In this document: one piece after another, positions 53,316 through 61,647 of the stretch
How positions within the stretch are numbered: position 1 is the stretch's first letter
Layout of the letters: every line of letters starts with the position of its first letter
DNA from: a virus
Virus record (IMG/VR): IMGVR_UViG_3300045988_139610
Length of the DNA: 64,000 nt
Reading direction: 5' to 3' (one strand)
The notes under the pieces: generated by a model
The model's database searches: none
Seen by the model: only the letters and a program-made list of their open reading frames with translations
Told to the model about the DNA's origin: nothing
Translations under genes and position numbers: made by a program

Positions 53316-53900
53316 TTATTTTAGCTTTAAATTATGTAATTTTTTAATTTTTTCTTTTTTCTCACCATTGCTTTCAGTATAATACTTTTCATTATATCGT
53401 TTAATACTTGCCTCATCTTTTATAGGTTTTTCTTTTTGTATATAATTACTTAAAGCATCCAATATCGTATTGTAAGCTTTATCAAATCCGTATAATTTAC
53501 GATTTTCATTTTCTGTAATTCTACGCTTAGTTAATTGATTTTTCATATTATTTAAAAATTCTAATTGTTTTGTTTCTTCTAATTCTCCTAAGTCTAATTC
53601 TTCAAGTTGATGATATAATTTATTTTTAACATTACCATAATTATGTTCTTCTCTTGTTACTTCTACTTGGTATTTACCAAGCTCTATTAAGTCATCTATA
53701 AGATTATTATATAACTTTTCAAAAGACTTTTTACCTGTATGTTTTACGAATTGCACTTTATCATCTTTATAAACTGTTATTTCAGCAGGTATATTTGAAT
53801 ATTCTTGTTTAATTTCATTATATTTTTCCATACACTCTTTATAACTATCTGCTTTCAAAGAGAAACTGCCATATTTTAATCCAATTTTTATTTTATACAT
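53316..53900 (-). CDS. hypothetical protein
   Basis: ORF in the array. Confidence 0.5.
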   Translation of the reverse strand: MYKIKIGLKYGSFSLKADSYKECMEKYNEIKQEYSNIPAEITVYKDDKVQFVKHTGKKSFEKLYNNLIDDLIELGKYQVEVTREEHNYGNVKNKLYHQLEELDLGELEETKQLEFLNNMKNQLTKRRITENENRKLYGFDKAYNTILDALSNYIQKEKPIKDEASIKRYNEKYYTESNGEKKEKIKKLHNLKLK

Positions 53901-53937
53901 CTTCTTTCCCCCTTATACATTATTTTATTAATTATTT

Positions 53938-54156
53938 TTATACTTCTAAATCAAATCCCCTTAAATGATTATAATAACTTTCTCTTTTATCTGCTCTGTC
54001 TAACACATCCACTCTACATTGAAGAAAATCTATAACCTTTTCTAAAAAATCATCATCAAAATCTTGATTAATTTCTTTACAATATATAGCGTCTTCTTCT
54101 ACGCTATTTGCTACTATTTCGTACGCTTCTTTAACATTCATAGTACCTAATCTCAT
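53938..54156 (-). CDS. hypothetical protein
   Basis: ORF in the array. Confidence 0.45.
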   Translation of the reverse strand: MRLGTMNVKEAYEIVANSVEEDAIYCKEINQDFDDDFLEKVIDFLQCRVDVLDRADKRESYYNHLRGFDLEV

Positions 54157-54195
54157 ATTAATTTCCCCCTTTTATTTTATCTTTTGTATATTATA

Positions 54196-54549
54196 TTATA
54201 CTTCTTTGCACCAATTCACAAATACTATGTAGGCTTCACCTTTATCATTGAAACAATAACCATTTTTTTTATTTTCAACTTTAACAGGTTTACCATCTAT
54301 TTCTATTTGCCATCCACTCAACTCTCCTAGATGTTTTGATATTAATCTCTTATCAAATACATATTGTTTTCCTACTTCAAACTCTTCTACTTTGTTTCCT
54401 AAGCACATACATTGACTAGGTAAAATTATTTTTTCTTCACCGTTTTCTGGTATAATCCCAGTAAATTCATCCACAAGTGTTACAAGCTCTCCTTTGTATA
54501 TATAATTTTTGCTTGAATCAAATAAATCAACTTTCTTCATATTTACCAA
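54196..54549 (-). CDS. hypothetical protein
   Basis: ORF behind a class-A promoter. Partial similarity to 51875..52486. Confidence 0.5.
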   Translation of the reverse strand: MVNMKKVDLFDSSKNYIYKGELVTLVDEFTGIIPENGEEKIILPSQCMCLGNKVEEFEVGKQYVFDKRLISKHLGELSGWQIEIDGKPVKVENKKNGYCFNDKGEAYIVFVNWCKEV

Positions 54550-54576
54550 CTCCTTTTTATTTATTATTATGTATTA

Positions 54577-54606
54577 AGTATATCATAACCAAATTATCTT
54601 TGTCAA
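54577..54606 (-). promoter_or_regulatory. class-A sigma-A-type promoter
   Basis: Sense TTGACA-N18-TATACT. Confidence 0.6.
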
Positions 54607-54632
54607 TACTTTTTATTAATTATTTATAAAGT

Positions 54633-55409
54633 TTAATCATCTATTTCTACTTCATATTCATACATTGCATCATATAGCTTTTGTGGTATATGCTCTTTGT
54701 AATAATCTGCTACTTCTTTAATGTTACGTTCTTTATAATATTTATATACTTCAAATCCTTTTTCCTGTGTATCATATAATCCCAGGTATTTTAGTTTAGA
54801 TTTACCAGTGCTAGGGTTAAGTAATCTACAATGCACTATATATTTACCATTTACAGGAGTTGTACCTATAACTGATTCACCTCTTATATTATCGTTTTTG
54901 ATAAATAACTTGTTTATTGTTTGTGGTACATAAATACAAGTCTCTGGTGAATATATTTTGTTATGTTTAACTAAAATATCTTTATCAAGACACATTTGTT
55001 GCCCTTCTATTTGATAAAAATTATCTTTATTCCACATTCCGAAATTTTGAAAATTATGAAATTCTTCTGAAACGGTACAATTGATATAAGTAGGGTGTTT
55101 TTCATGGTATTTTCTATCATAACATCTTTGCATCATATTGTGCCAAACATTATAGATTCTAGTATTTTTACCATTTTCTCTTGCTTTATATTCCCCTTCT
55201 CCCAGATAACCAACTCCATATACGTTTCTCTCATAAGGGCAACTAATTTTACCATTTTTAAAATGGTCATATGTTACCCCTTTAGCAATCCAATCATACT
55301 CTGGAAAATATACATCAATATTCATACATCCATTATAGTCTACAATTACCATTTTGCTACCAAAATTATTTGTTCCCTCTTCTCTTGTTCTATTAATTTT
55401 AGTCGCCAT
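54633..55409 (-). CDS. homing-endonuclease-like protein, AP2-type C-terminus (paralog 4 of 4)
   Basis: Same motif set as 7676..8443. Confidence 0.55.
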   Translation of the reverse strand: MATKINRTREEGTNNFGSKMVIVDYNGCMNIDVYFPEYDWIAKGVTYDHFKNGKISCPYERNVYGVGYLGEGEYKARENGKNTRIYNVWHNMMQRCYDRKYHEKHPTYINCTVSEEFHNFQNFGMWNKDNFYQIEGQQMCLDKDILVKHNKIYSPETCIYVPQTINKLFIKNDNIRGESVIGTTPVNGKYIVHCRLLNPSTGKSKLKYLGLYDTQEKGFEVYKYYKERNIKEVADYYKEHIPQKLYDAMYEYEVEIDD

Positions 55410-55430
55410 AATATATCATCCCCTTATTAA

Positions 55431-55742
55431 TTATTTATAAATTTTATAATATGTAAGAAGGTCGTACATTCCCTTTGTTCCTCTTATAATAAACCACTTT
55501 TTAAATTGCTTCTTACTTATATGAGTATATATCTTTACACATTCTGAATCTGGTACATCCTCAAATATAACATTATTGAATAAGAAGTTTTTAAATGTTT
55601 CATAATCTGATTGATTATAAAGTGTATCTATTATCTTGCAATTTCTTTGTTGTTGAATTTTTATATTTCTAATTCTTTCTTTATTTTTTTCAATTATATT
55701 CCCACCTGCACAATTAATAGGTTCTATTATCATATTTATCAT
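55431..55742 (-). CDS. hypothetical protein
   Basis: ORF in the array. Confidence 0.45.
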   Translation of the reverse strand: MINMIIEPINCAGGNIIEKNKERIRNIKIQQQRNCKIIDTLYNQSDYETFKNFLFNNVIFEDVPDSECVKIYTHISKKQFKKWFIIRGTKGMYDLLTYYKIYK

Positions 55743-55809
55743 TCATCCCCCTTGTTTTTATTTTATATATATATTATATGATGTTTATTATAATTTATCA
55801 ACTGTTTTA

Positions 55810-55899
55810 TTAATTATTTTTATAATTAATTATGAATAATAAAAAGCCCATTGCCCCACCAACTAAACTTATAAACATAAATGCTAATACATATTTCAT
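55810..55899 (-). CDS. 29-aa hydrophobic micro-peptide
   Basis: AAAAGGGGTGATAAAT precedes the ATG. MKYVLAFMFISLVGGAMGFLLFIINYKNN ends in the 17-mer. Has its own class-A promoter. Confidence 0.4.
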   Translation of the reverse strand: MKYVLAFMFISLVGGAMGFLLFIINYKNN

Positions 55900-55920
55900 A
55901 TTTATCACCCCTTTTATATA

Positions 55921-55949
55921 ATAATAGTACATTTGGATATATTTGTCAA
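55921..55949 (-). promoter_or_regulatory. class-A sigma-A-type promoter
   Basis: Sense TTGACA-N17-TATTAT. Confidence 0.55.
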
Positions 55950-55960
55950 TAAGAATGAGC

Positions 55961-55988
55961 AAAAAAATAGACTAGATAATTCTAGTCT
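55961..55988 (-). terminator. rho-independent terminator
   Basis: Sense AGACTAGA-ATTA-TCTAGTCT followed by ATTTTTTT. Confidence 0.7.
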
Positions 55989-56014
55989 TTATATTATTAT
56001 TAATTATTTTTAGA

Positions 56015-56755
56015 TTATGCCAATTTCTTTAAATCCTCTTCTTCAAATTCTATTTCTAATAATTTACTTATCTCATACACACCTTTAGGTGAAAATTTTA
56101 ATTGTGAATAATTATGTTCATTATTACTTCCTACAATAAGTTTATACCATGATTTATCTACATCACTATAAGGTAACCAACTCGTTCCCTTTTTATATAT
56201 TATTTTATTTTCATTTAATATCTTGTTTAATTTTTGTGCTGATGACAATTTAAATAATTTAGCTACTTGCGTACTCGAATAACAACCATTTGAATTAAGA
56301 AAATCGTCAAACCAACTTGCCTTCTCGTCTCTTTGTTTTGACAGTTCGGCTCTTCGTCTTTCAATTTCAATTCTTTCTTCTTTAGTTAAATTTGGGTCTA
56401 ATGATTTCAATATCAATCTATCTAATTCAGAAACCTGCTCTTCTAGCGTATTTATATATTCAATCATTTTGGCTCTAACATAAACCGATTCACTAGCACA
56501 CATTTGCAATATACCATCTTTATTCATTTCATATGTAGGATATTCTTTACCTCTAGTATTTATATAAGTTGACTCCTTAAAATTTAGGAGTGAATCTTTT
56601 AACTTTAATTCTTGCAGAATATTAACTTCTTTTCTTATTTTAGTTAAGAAGTTATCTTCTCTCAACTCTTTTCTATTACCTTCCATTTTTCTTAATTCAT
56701 TAATTTTAGCACATAATTCTACGTGATTCATTTTACATTCTTTTAATTCTAACAT
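56015..56755 (-). CDS. antirepressor-like protein (Rha-like N-terminal part, KilAC-like C-terminal part)
   Basis: YEMNKDGILQMCAS.. and the C-terminal YSSTQVAKLFKLSSAQKLNKILNENKIIYKKGTSWLPY fit recalled patterns. Confidence 0.55.
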   Translation of the reverse strand: MLELKECKMNHVELCAKINELRKMEGNRKELREDNFLTKIRKEVNILQELKLKDSLLNFKESTYINTRGKEYPTYEMNKDGILQMCASESVYVRAKMIEYINTLEEQVSELDRLILKSLDPNLTKEERIEIERRRAELSKQRDEKASWFDDFLNSNGCYSSTQVAKLFKLSSAQKLNKILNENKIIYKKGTSWLPYSDVDKSWYKLIVGSNNEHNYSQLKFSPKGVYEISKLLEIEFEEEDLKKLA

Positions 56756-56849
56756 ATTATCATTCTCCTTTTTATTTATTATTTTTATTGATATTTCATT
56801 AACTTTATTAATTATTTTTTATCAACACTCAATTTACATCAACTCCTTT

Positions 56850-56892
56850 CTTATATTACTATATTAACAATTAGTATTGAAAAATTACCTAT
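56850..56892 (-). promoter_or_regulatory. class-B phage promoter/leader
   Basis: Sense TATAGGTAATTTTTCAATACTAATTGTTAATATAGTAATATAAGAAAGGAGTTGAT. Confidence 0.6.
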
Positions 56893-56920
56893 AAAAACAA
56901 AAAAAGAAACCAGAGATTTT

Positions 56921-57793
56921 CTAGTTTCTTGAAGAGTTCATACCATAATATAAACGATGATACTTTAAGCTTAGTTCGTTAGCGTTCATATTGTATCCAT
57001 TTATATCAAGATAACTCTTTGTATTTTGTATAGTCCATACAATATTATCTAATACTTGTAATACAAACATGTCATACATGATGCCTGATTGGTATATTCC
57101 TGTAGCTGTTAATGTAACATTTAATCCTCCATGTTGTAATTCTTTTGTTAAAACAGTCAATTTTCCACTCAAATTGCTACGTTTCATTGGTTCTAAACCA
57201 TTGTTAGTATATCTATTACATAATGTCTTGAATAAATACTCACTGCTCATGTTCAAGTCATAATACATAACATTTCGACTTCTTGTTGTATTAACATATA
57301 CTTCTTGTTCTATCGTGTCTTTAACTAACTCTTTCATTATATCGTCGCATAGTATTTTATTTCCATTTACATTAATATAACTGTAGTCTTCAGCTACGTC
57401 AGAAACCTTAATCTCTAATAGGTCTTTAAATCCTTTACCTAATACTTTATTAAATATCATGTATATTAATAATTTATCTTGTGCATTTATAAGTGAATTA
57501 ATTACATCTAATATTTGAGTTTTTGTGAAGTATTTAGATTCGTCAAAATATAAACATTTTTGCATTAATTCATCTTCTTTTAAATCGTATTTAATTCCCT
57601 TTGTATCTAATACTTCTTTTAAAATTCTAAATCCATCGTAGAAACTACTTCTATTAATTGTCTTTAGATTTTTTATAGCGAAATCTTTTATCACTTCTTC
57701 ATTTATATTTTTTTCACCTATTTCATTAATTAAATCGTTCACCTTATTTTCCATTCTATTCATTTTAATTTGTTTATCACACATCTTAGTCAT
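56921..57793 (-). CDS. hypothetical protein
   Basis: ORF behind an operator-flanked promoter. The stretch LLIYMIFNKVLGKGFKDLLEIKVSDV faintly recalls a tyrosine-recombinase core, but no catalytic residues were identified. Confidence 0.5.
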   Translation of the reverse strand: MTKMCDKQIKMNRMENKVNDLINEIGEKNINEEVIKDFAIKNLKTINRSSFYDGFRILKEVLDTKGIKYDLKEDELMQKCLYFDESKYFTKTQILDVINSLINAQDKLLIYMIFNKVLGKGFKDLLEIKVSDVAEDYSYINVNGNKILCDDIMKELVKDTIEQEVYVNTTRSRNVMYYDLNMSSEYLFKTLCNRYTNNGLEPMKRSNLSGKLTVLTKELQHGGLNVTLTATGIYQSGIMYDMFVLQVLDNIVWTIQNTKSYLDINGYNMNANELSLKYHRLYYGMNSSRN

Positions 57794-57806
57794 TTTAACT
57801 CCTTCC

Positions 57807-57854
57807 TTAGTTGTCTTGCTTAGTATATCATAAAATATATTTTAAGACAACTAA
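57807..57854 (-). promoter_or_regulatory. promoter TTGTCT-N17-TATACT bracketed by a perfect 11-bp inverted repeat
   Basis: TTAGTTGTCTT (57807-57817) and AAGACAACTAA (57844-57854). -10 at 57822-57827, -35 at 57845-57850. Confidence 0.55.
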
Positions 57855-57935
57855 CTTTATTAATTTTCTTTATATATTATACACAGATTGGAGTTTAAAT
57901 ATACCAACTTTTATTAATTATTTTTTAAAATAAGC

Positions 57936-57963
57936 AAAAAAAATAAGAGGTATAAAACCTCTT
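57936..57963 (-). terminator. rho-independent terminator
   Basis: Sense AAGAGGT-TTTAT-ACCTCTT followed by ATTTTTTTT. Confidence 0.75.
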
Positions 57964-57974
57964 GAAAGCAATAG

Positions 57975-58775
57975 TTATTTAATTCTGTTTTCAATTCCCT
58001 TCTCTCTTATTTGTAATTCTTCTTTATTAATTATTTTCAATATATTAAGGATGTCTTTGTTTTTATTTACTTGTTCTGCAAATTCACTAAAGAATATTAT
58101 ATTATTGTTTACTCCAATTCTGGCTACACCTAAATCAGCACATTTGTTAACAAAATTATCATTAGGTCTAAATCTTCTATTTTTGTTTATTATTGTATAA
58201 TCTCCTAAATTCAAATATTCATCTAGGTATCTAAATAATGTACTTGGCAACAAATTATCTATATTTATCTTTTTAACTATCTGAGTGACTCCATAAGCCT
58301 TTCTACGTCTTTCATAATGTAATCTATCCTTTAATTTATTAAGTTTATTTTGAAGTGAATCTAATTGTTCTTTAGATATATTGTTATCTATATAAAATCC
58401 ATTTCTTCTTATTTCATCTAAAAGATATATCATTTCTATTTTATATTCTGCACCAAGTCTACTGTTCATGATTATATAATTTATCATTGTAAAGTTTCCG
58501 AATATTTCACCTGCATTATTAACTTTGTCAAAGTTTCGGATTACATTTAATTTTACCTCTGAATTTGTTACCAATTTCGTGTTTTGTTCTAAGAAATTCG
58601 GAGTACATTTAGAATGTACGCTAAAATCCTCAAGTTTCTTTCTTGTGTTTGATAAAGTTTGTCTACTTAATGGTAAATCATTCATTGCATACCATGTTTC
58701 ATCACCTATTTTTATTGCTCTCAAATTATATTTTTCTATTAATTCATCAAATAAATTTTGTACTTTATTGCTCAT
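57975..58775 (-). CDS. hypothetical protein
   Basis: ORF in the array. No secure motif. Confidence 0.5.
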   Translation of the reverse strand: MSNKVQNLFDELIEKYNLRAIKIGDETWYAMNDLPLSRQTLSNTRKKLEDFSVHSKCTPNFLEQNTKLVTNSEVKLNVIRNFDKVNNAGEIFGNFTMINYIIMNSRLGAEYKIEMIYLLDEIRRNGFYIDNNISKEQLDSLQNKLNKLKDRLHYERRRKAYGVTQIVKKINIDNLLPSTLFRYLDEYLNLGDYTIINKNRRFRPNDNFVNKCADLGVARIGVNNNIIFFSEFAEQVNKNKDILNILKIINKEELQIREKGIENRIK

Positions 58776-58793
58776 AATATCACCCCTTCTTTA

Positions 58794-59051
58794 TTAATTA
58801 TTTTTATCTATATAATTGAATACTAGAAAATCATTATCCTTTTTATTATACAGTAATTGTAGATGATGCCAGGTAAGTTGAGTGTTATAATATAAATCTT
58901 GAAAAGCCAATACTATCAATTCTTCATTATTTGGAATGTTCAGTATTTCAGAAAACTCTTCTAGAGTATAATTAACAATCAGAGTATCTTCCAATCTTTT
59001 TCTACTGTGTTCTATAAAGTCATTGACTTGTTTTTGTTTTAATATATACAT
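58794..59051 (-). CDS. hypothetical protein
   Basis: ORF behind a class-A promoter. Confidence 0.5.
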   Translation of the reverse strand: MYILKQKQVNDFIEHSRKRLEDTLIVNYTLEEFSEILNIPNNEELIVLAFQDLYYNTQLTWHHLQLLYNKKDNDFLVFNYIDKNN

Positions 59052-59070
59052 AATATCTCCTCCTTTATTA

Positions 59071-59099
59071 ATTATATTATAATTTACAAATTAAGTCAA
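59071..59099 (-). promoter_or_regulatory. class-A sigma-A-type promoter
   Basis: Sense TTGACT-N17-TATAAT. Confidence 0.65.
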
Positions 59100-59120
59100 T
59101 AAATTTATTAATTATTTTTA

Positions 59121-59361
59121 TAGTCAATTTTGAATTATGAACTTGTGAATAATGAAAAAATTGTGACGAATGAACTAATTGATTTTTGATTAGTTCATGA
59201 GGAATAGCTCACTGCAAGTGCAATTATAATTAATTATTTTATACTATTACTTTTTAATACCTCTACTATAAGAGATTGTAATTTTTACCTTTAAAATGTG
59301 CTATATTTATCGTATTATTTTAACTATGTATTTTTAAATTTATCACTTTTAAAGTACTATG
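59121..59361 (-). repeat. conserved non-coding element E2 (partner of E1 at 9420..9638)
   Basis: Shares TTTATCGTATTATTTTA (59307-59323), TATAAGAGAT and GAATAGCTC (59202-59210). 10-bp perfect hairpin at 59170-59198 whose stem sequence differs from that of E1. Confidence 0.6.
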
Positions 59362-60565
59362 TTATTGGTTTAACCAAGATTCTAATAATTTTCTCATTCT
59401 AATTGAAGGTATATAAATATTAATCTTTTGATTATCTCTAATTCTACTTCTAAACATCCATTGAATTAACATTGATAATGCATAGTCATTTTCTTCTATT
59501 GTCACTCCCTTACCTTTAAAGAATTTATTAATCATTGGGTTATTATAGATATTAATCAAATAAGCTAAATTTTCTTTATGTTTATAATCATTTGTTGCTC
59601 TTATATTTAAGGATACAAACCCTTTAGTATATCCTTTACCTTTGATTTGACTCTCAAAATCTTTAAATGTCGTATACATATTATCTGATGATTTTCCTTT
59701 ACATATATTTCTAAAATAATTTACAGTATTATTTTTAAGTTCCTTCATTATTTCTTTTTTATCTGCTTTCATATACCATGATTTAGATAACGCTGTTGTT
59801 TTATCTCCTATATTATTTAATTTTCCATCATAAATATTTATTAAATCTTTATATTTGTTTCCACCTTCCTCTTTGTAATTTTTTAATCTATATTGTCTAT
59901 CTCCTATATCTATAACTGACTTATATTCATATTCTACTTGATTCATATCATAGTAATAAGCTTGAATTTGACTTTTAAATTTATAAGTTAATATATAAAT
60001 ATGTTTAAATGCTTTAAATATGTTGACGGGAAATGTCCATAGAATCATCGTATTTTCAAATAAATATACATCTCCATTTTCGCAACTATTTTTTAAACTG
60101 GTAAATTTACCAACATAACCAGAATCTATCCAATGTACTTTATCTTCTTCGTCAACTTCTATTGTTCCATGCTCTAATAACATACTTATGTCAGATTTAG
60201 AGATTTTTAAATCTTCTATCACATCAAAGACTTCGTCGAGAAATAAAATATATTCTCCCTTTTCTATTTCATCTATAACCTCTTTTGATATTCCTTTAAA
60301 TAAACTATGCGTAGATACAATGTTATACCCTTCTTTTAATAATTCATAAAAATGATTCTTTTTACTTCCTTTCCCTAATCTTTCATTAGGTTTCTTAAAT
60401 TCTCTATTATCACATTCTTTTTCAATCCTATCTAGCTCTGTAAGAAATGGAGTTATAAAAATAAATCTATCAAATATTTCCTCCTTCATATATTGTATTG
60501 CGTAACTTGTTTTACCAGCTCCAGGTGGGACAATCAACCACCGTTATTTTACATTGTTCATTCAT
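59362..60565 (-). CDS. SF2 helicase-like P-loop ATPase (paralog 2); frame broken (+1) just before Walker A
   Basis: ATG at 60563-60565 behind AAAGGAG gives MNEQCKITVVDC, then CCC ACC TGG AGC TGG TAA. Skipping one C (run at 60527-60529) gives ..VVDCPPGAGKTS.., colinear with paralog 1 (..VVDCIPGAGKTS..). Length is 1204 nt (3n+1). Confidence 0.6.
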
Positions 60566-60708
60566 AATATCATCTCCTTTATATTATAATTTAATAAAGA
60601 GGATAAGTAACGTTGTTTTTAATTGTGACACAACAAAACCTTATCCACTTTATTAATTGTTATTATTGTATTAACATAACTTTAAGTAAAATTACTTATG
60701 AATTAAAA

Positions 60709-61614
60709 TTAATCCCAAACATTATTTACCATTTTCTTTTTAGTATCTGTATTAGGATGGTAATAAAAAGAGTAGGTTGTTTGTGGATTACTATGTCCAG
60801 CTAGCTTTGCTGTTTCTGTAACATTAAATCCATTCTCCATATATGCCGTTAAACTTGTATGGCGTGCCGTATGAGGCGTAAAATTTGTAATTCCTACACT
60901 TTTAGTTATGTTTGATATTATTTTTTCAAGTCCACTTGAAGACAAACGTTGTTTATAACTTGATATAAATAGTGAATTATCTTTTGCATTTATTTTTAAT
61001 CTTTCATCAAGATATTTATTATATAAATCTAAAGCTTTATCGCTTAATACACATTGCTTTTTACTGCCACCTTTTTGAGTAATAGTATATTCTCCTGTTT
61101 CTCTATCTATTGTATCAACGTTTAAACTTCTTATTTCAAAATTTCTAAGTGCATTTTGGAATAAAATTTCTACAATTAAAATATTTCTTAAATTGTTAAA
61201 ATTCTTTTTCAAATTATATTCTGATTTTACATAATTTCTAATCTTTGTTATGTTTTTTGTATCTTCTGCGTGACCTTTAGATTCAATTCTTAATTGTTTA
61301 AGTTCCTTACTAGCATTAAAATCAATAATCCTAAATGCACATAGATAACCATAAAATGATTTACAACTAGCTATCCTTCTGTTAAGACTTTGATTAGATA
61401 ATCCTTCATTTCTTTTTTTGTTTAACCAATTTTGTAATTGGATTATAGTAGAATTTTGTATATCATCTATTCTTTTAAATCCACAATACTCAATCATTTC
61501 CTTTACTACTGGAATATATGATTTAATACTTTTAGGTGATAAGTTTTTTATATCCTTCAAGTATGCTATATAATTATTTATTAATCTTTCCATATTATTA
61601 ACTTTTTCCATCAT
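60709..61614 (-). CDS. tyrosine recombinase (XerC/D-like integrase)
   Basis: SAM-like N-domain YIAYLKDIKNLSPKSIKSY. Catalytic ALRNFEIRSL (R), HTARHT (HxxR), LAGHS and ..TYSFYYH (Y). Confidence 0.85.
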   Translation of the reverse strand: MMEKVNNMERLINNYIAYLKDIKNLSPKSIKSYIPVVKEMIEYCGFKRIDDIQNSTIIQLQNWLNKKRNEGLSNQSLNRRIASCKSFYGYLCAFRIIDFNASKELKQLRIESKGHAEDTKNITKIRNYVKSEYNLKKNFNNLRNILIVEILFQNALRNFEIRSLNVDTIDRETGEYTITQKGGSKKQCVLSDKALDLYNKYLDERLKINAKDNSLFISSYKQRLSSSGLEKIISNITKSVGITNFTPHTARHTSLTAYMENGFNVTETAKLAGHSNPQTTYSFYYHPNTDTKKKMVNNVWD

Positions 61615-61647
61615 CTTTTCCTCCCTTTAATATCTTATATATGTATA

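Noticed and set aside
9639-60565. The two helicase-like genes plus E1/E2 as an assembly duplication or terminal redundancy.
   Set aside because: The copies are strongly diverged at both protein and DNA level (by eye only a little over half of residues are identical), and they have different flanking genes. They are true paralogs, not a collapsed or duplicated repeat.
6431-60804. All 32 plus-strand ORFs in the supplied track (for example 6431..6763, 9971..10192, 12972..13265, 26385..26810, 27481..27834, 55095..55430, 60613..60804).
   Set aside because: Each lies antisense within, or overlaps, a well-supported minus-strand gene or its leader. They translate to low-complexity Leu/Phe/Ile/Ser-rich strings typical of the reverse strand of A/T-rich coding DNA. 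None has an obvious SD or promoter. I treat them as shadow ORFs.
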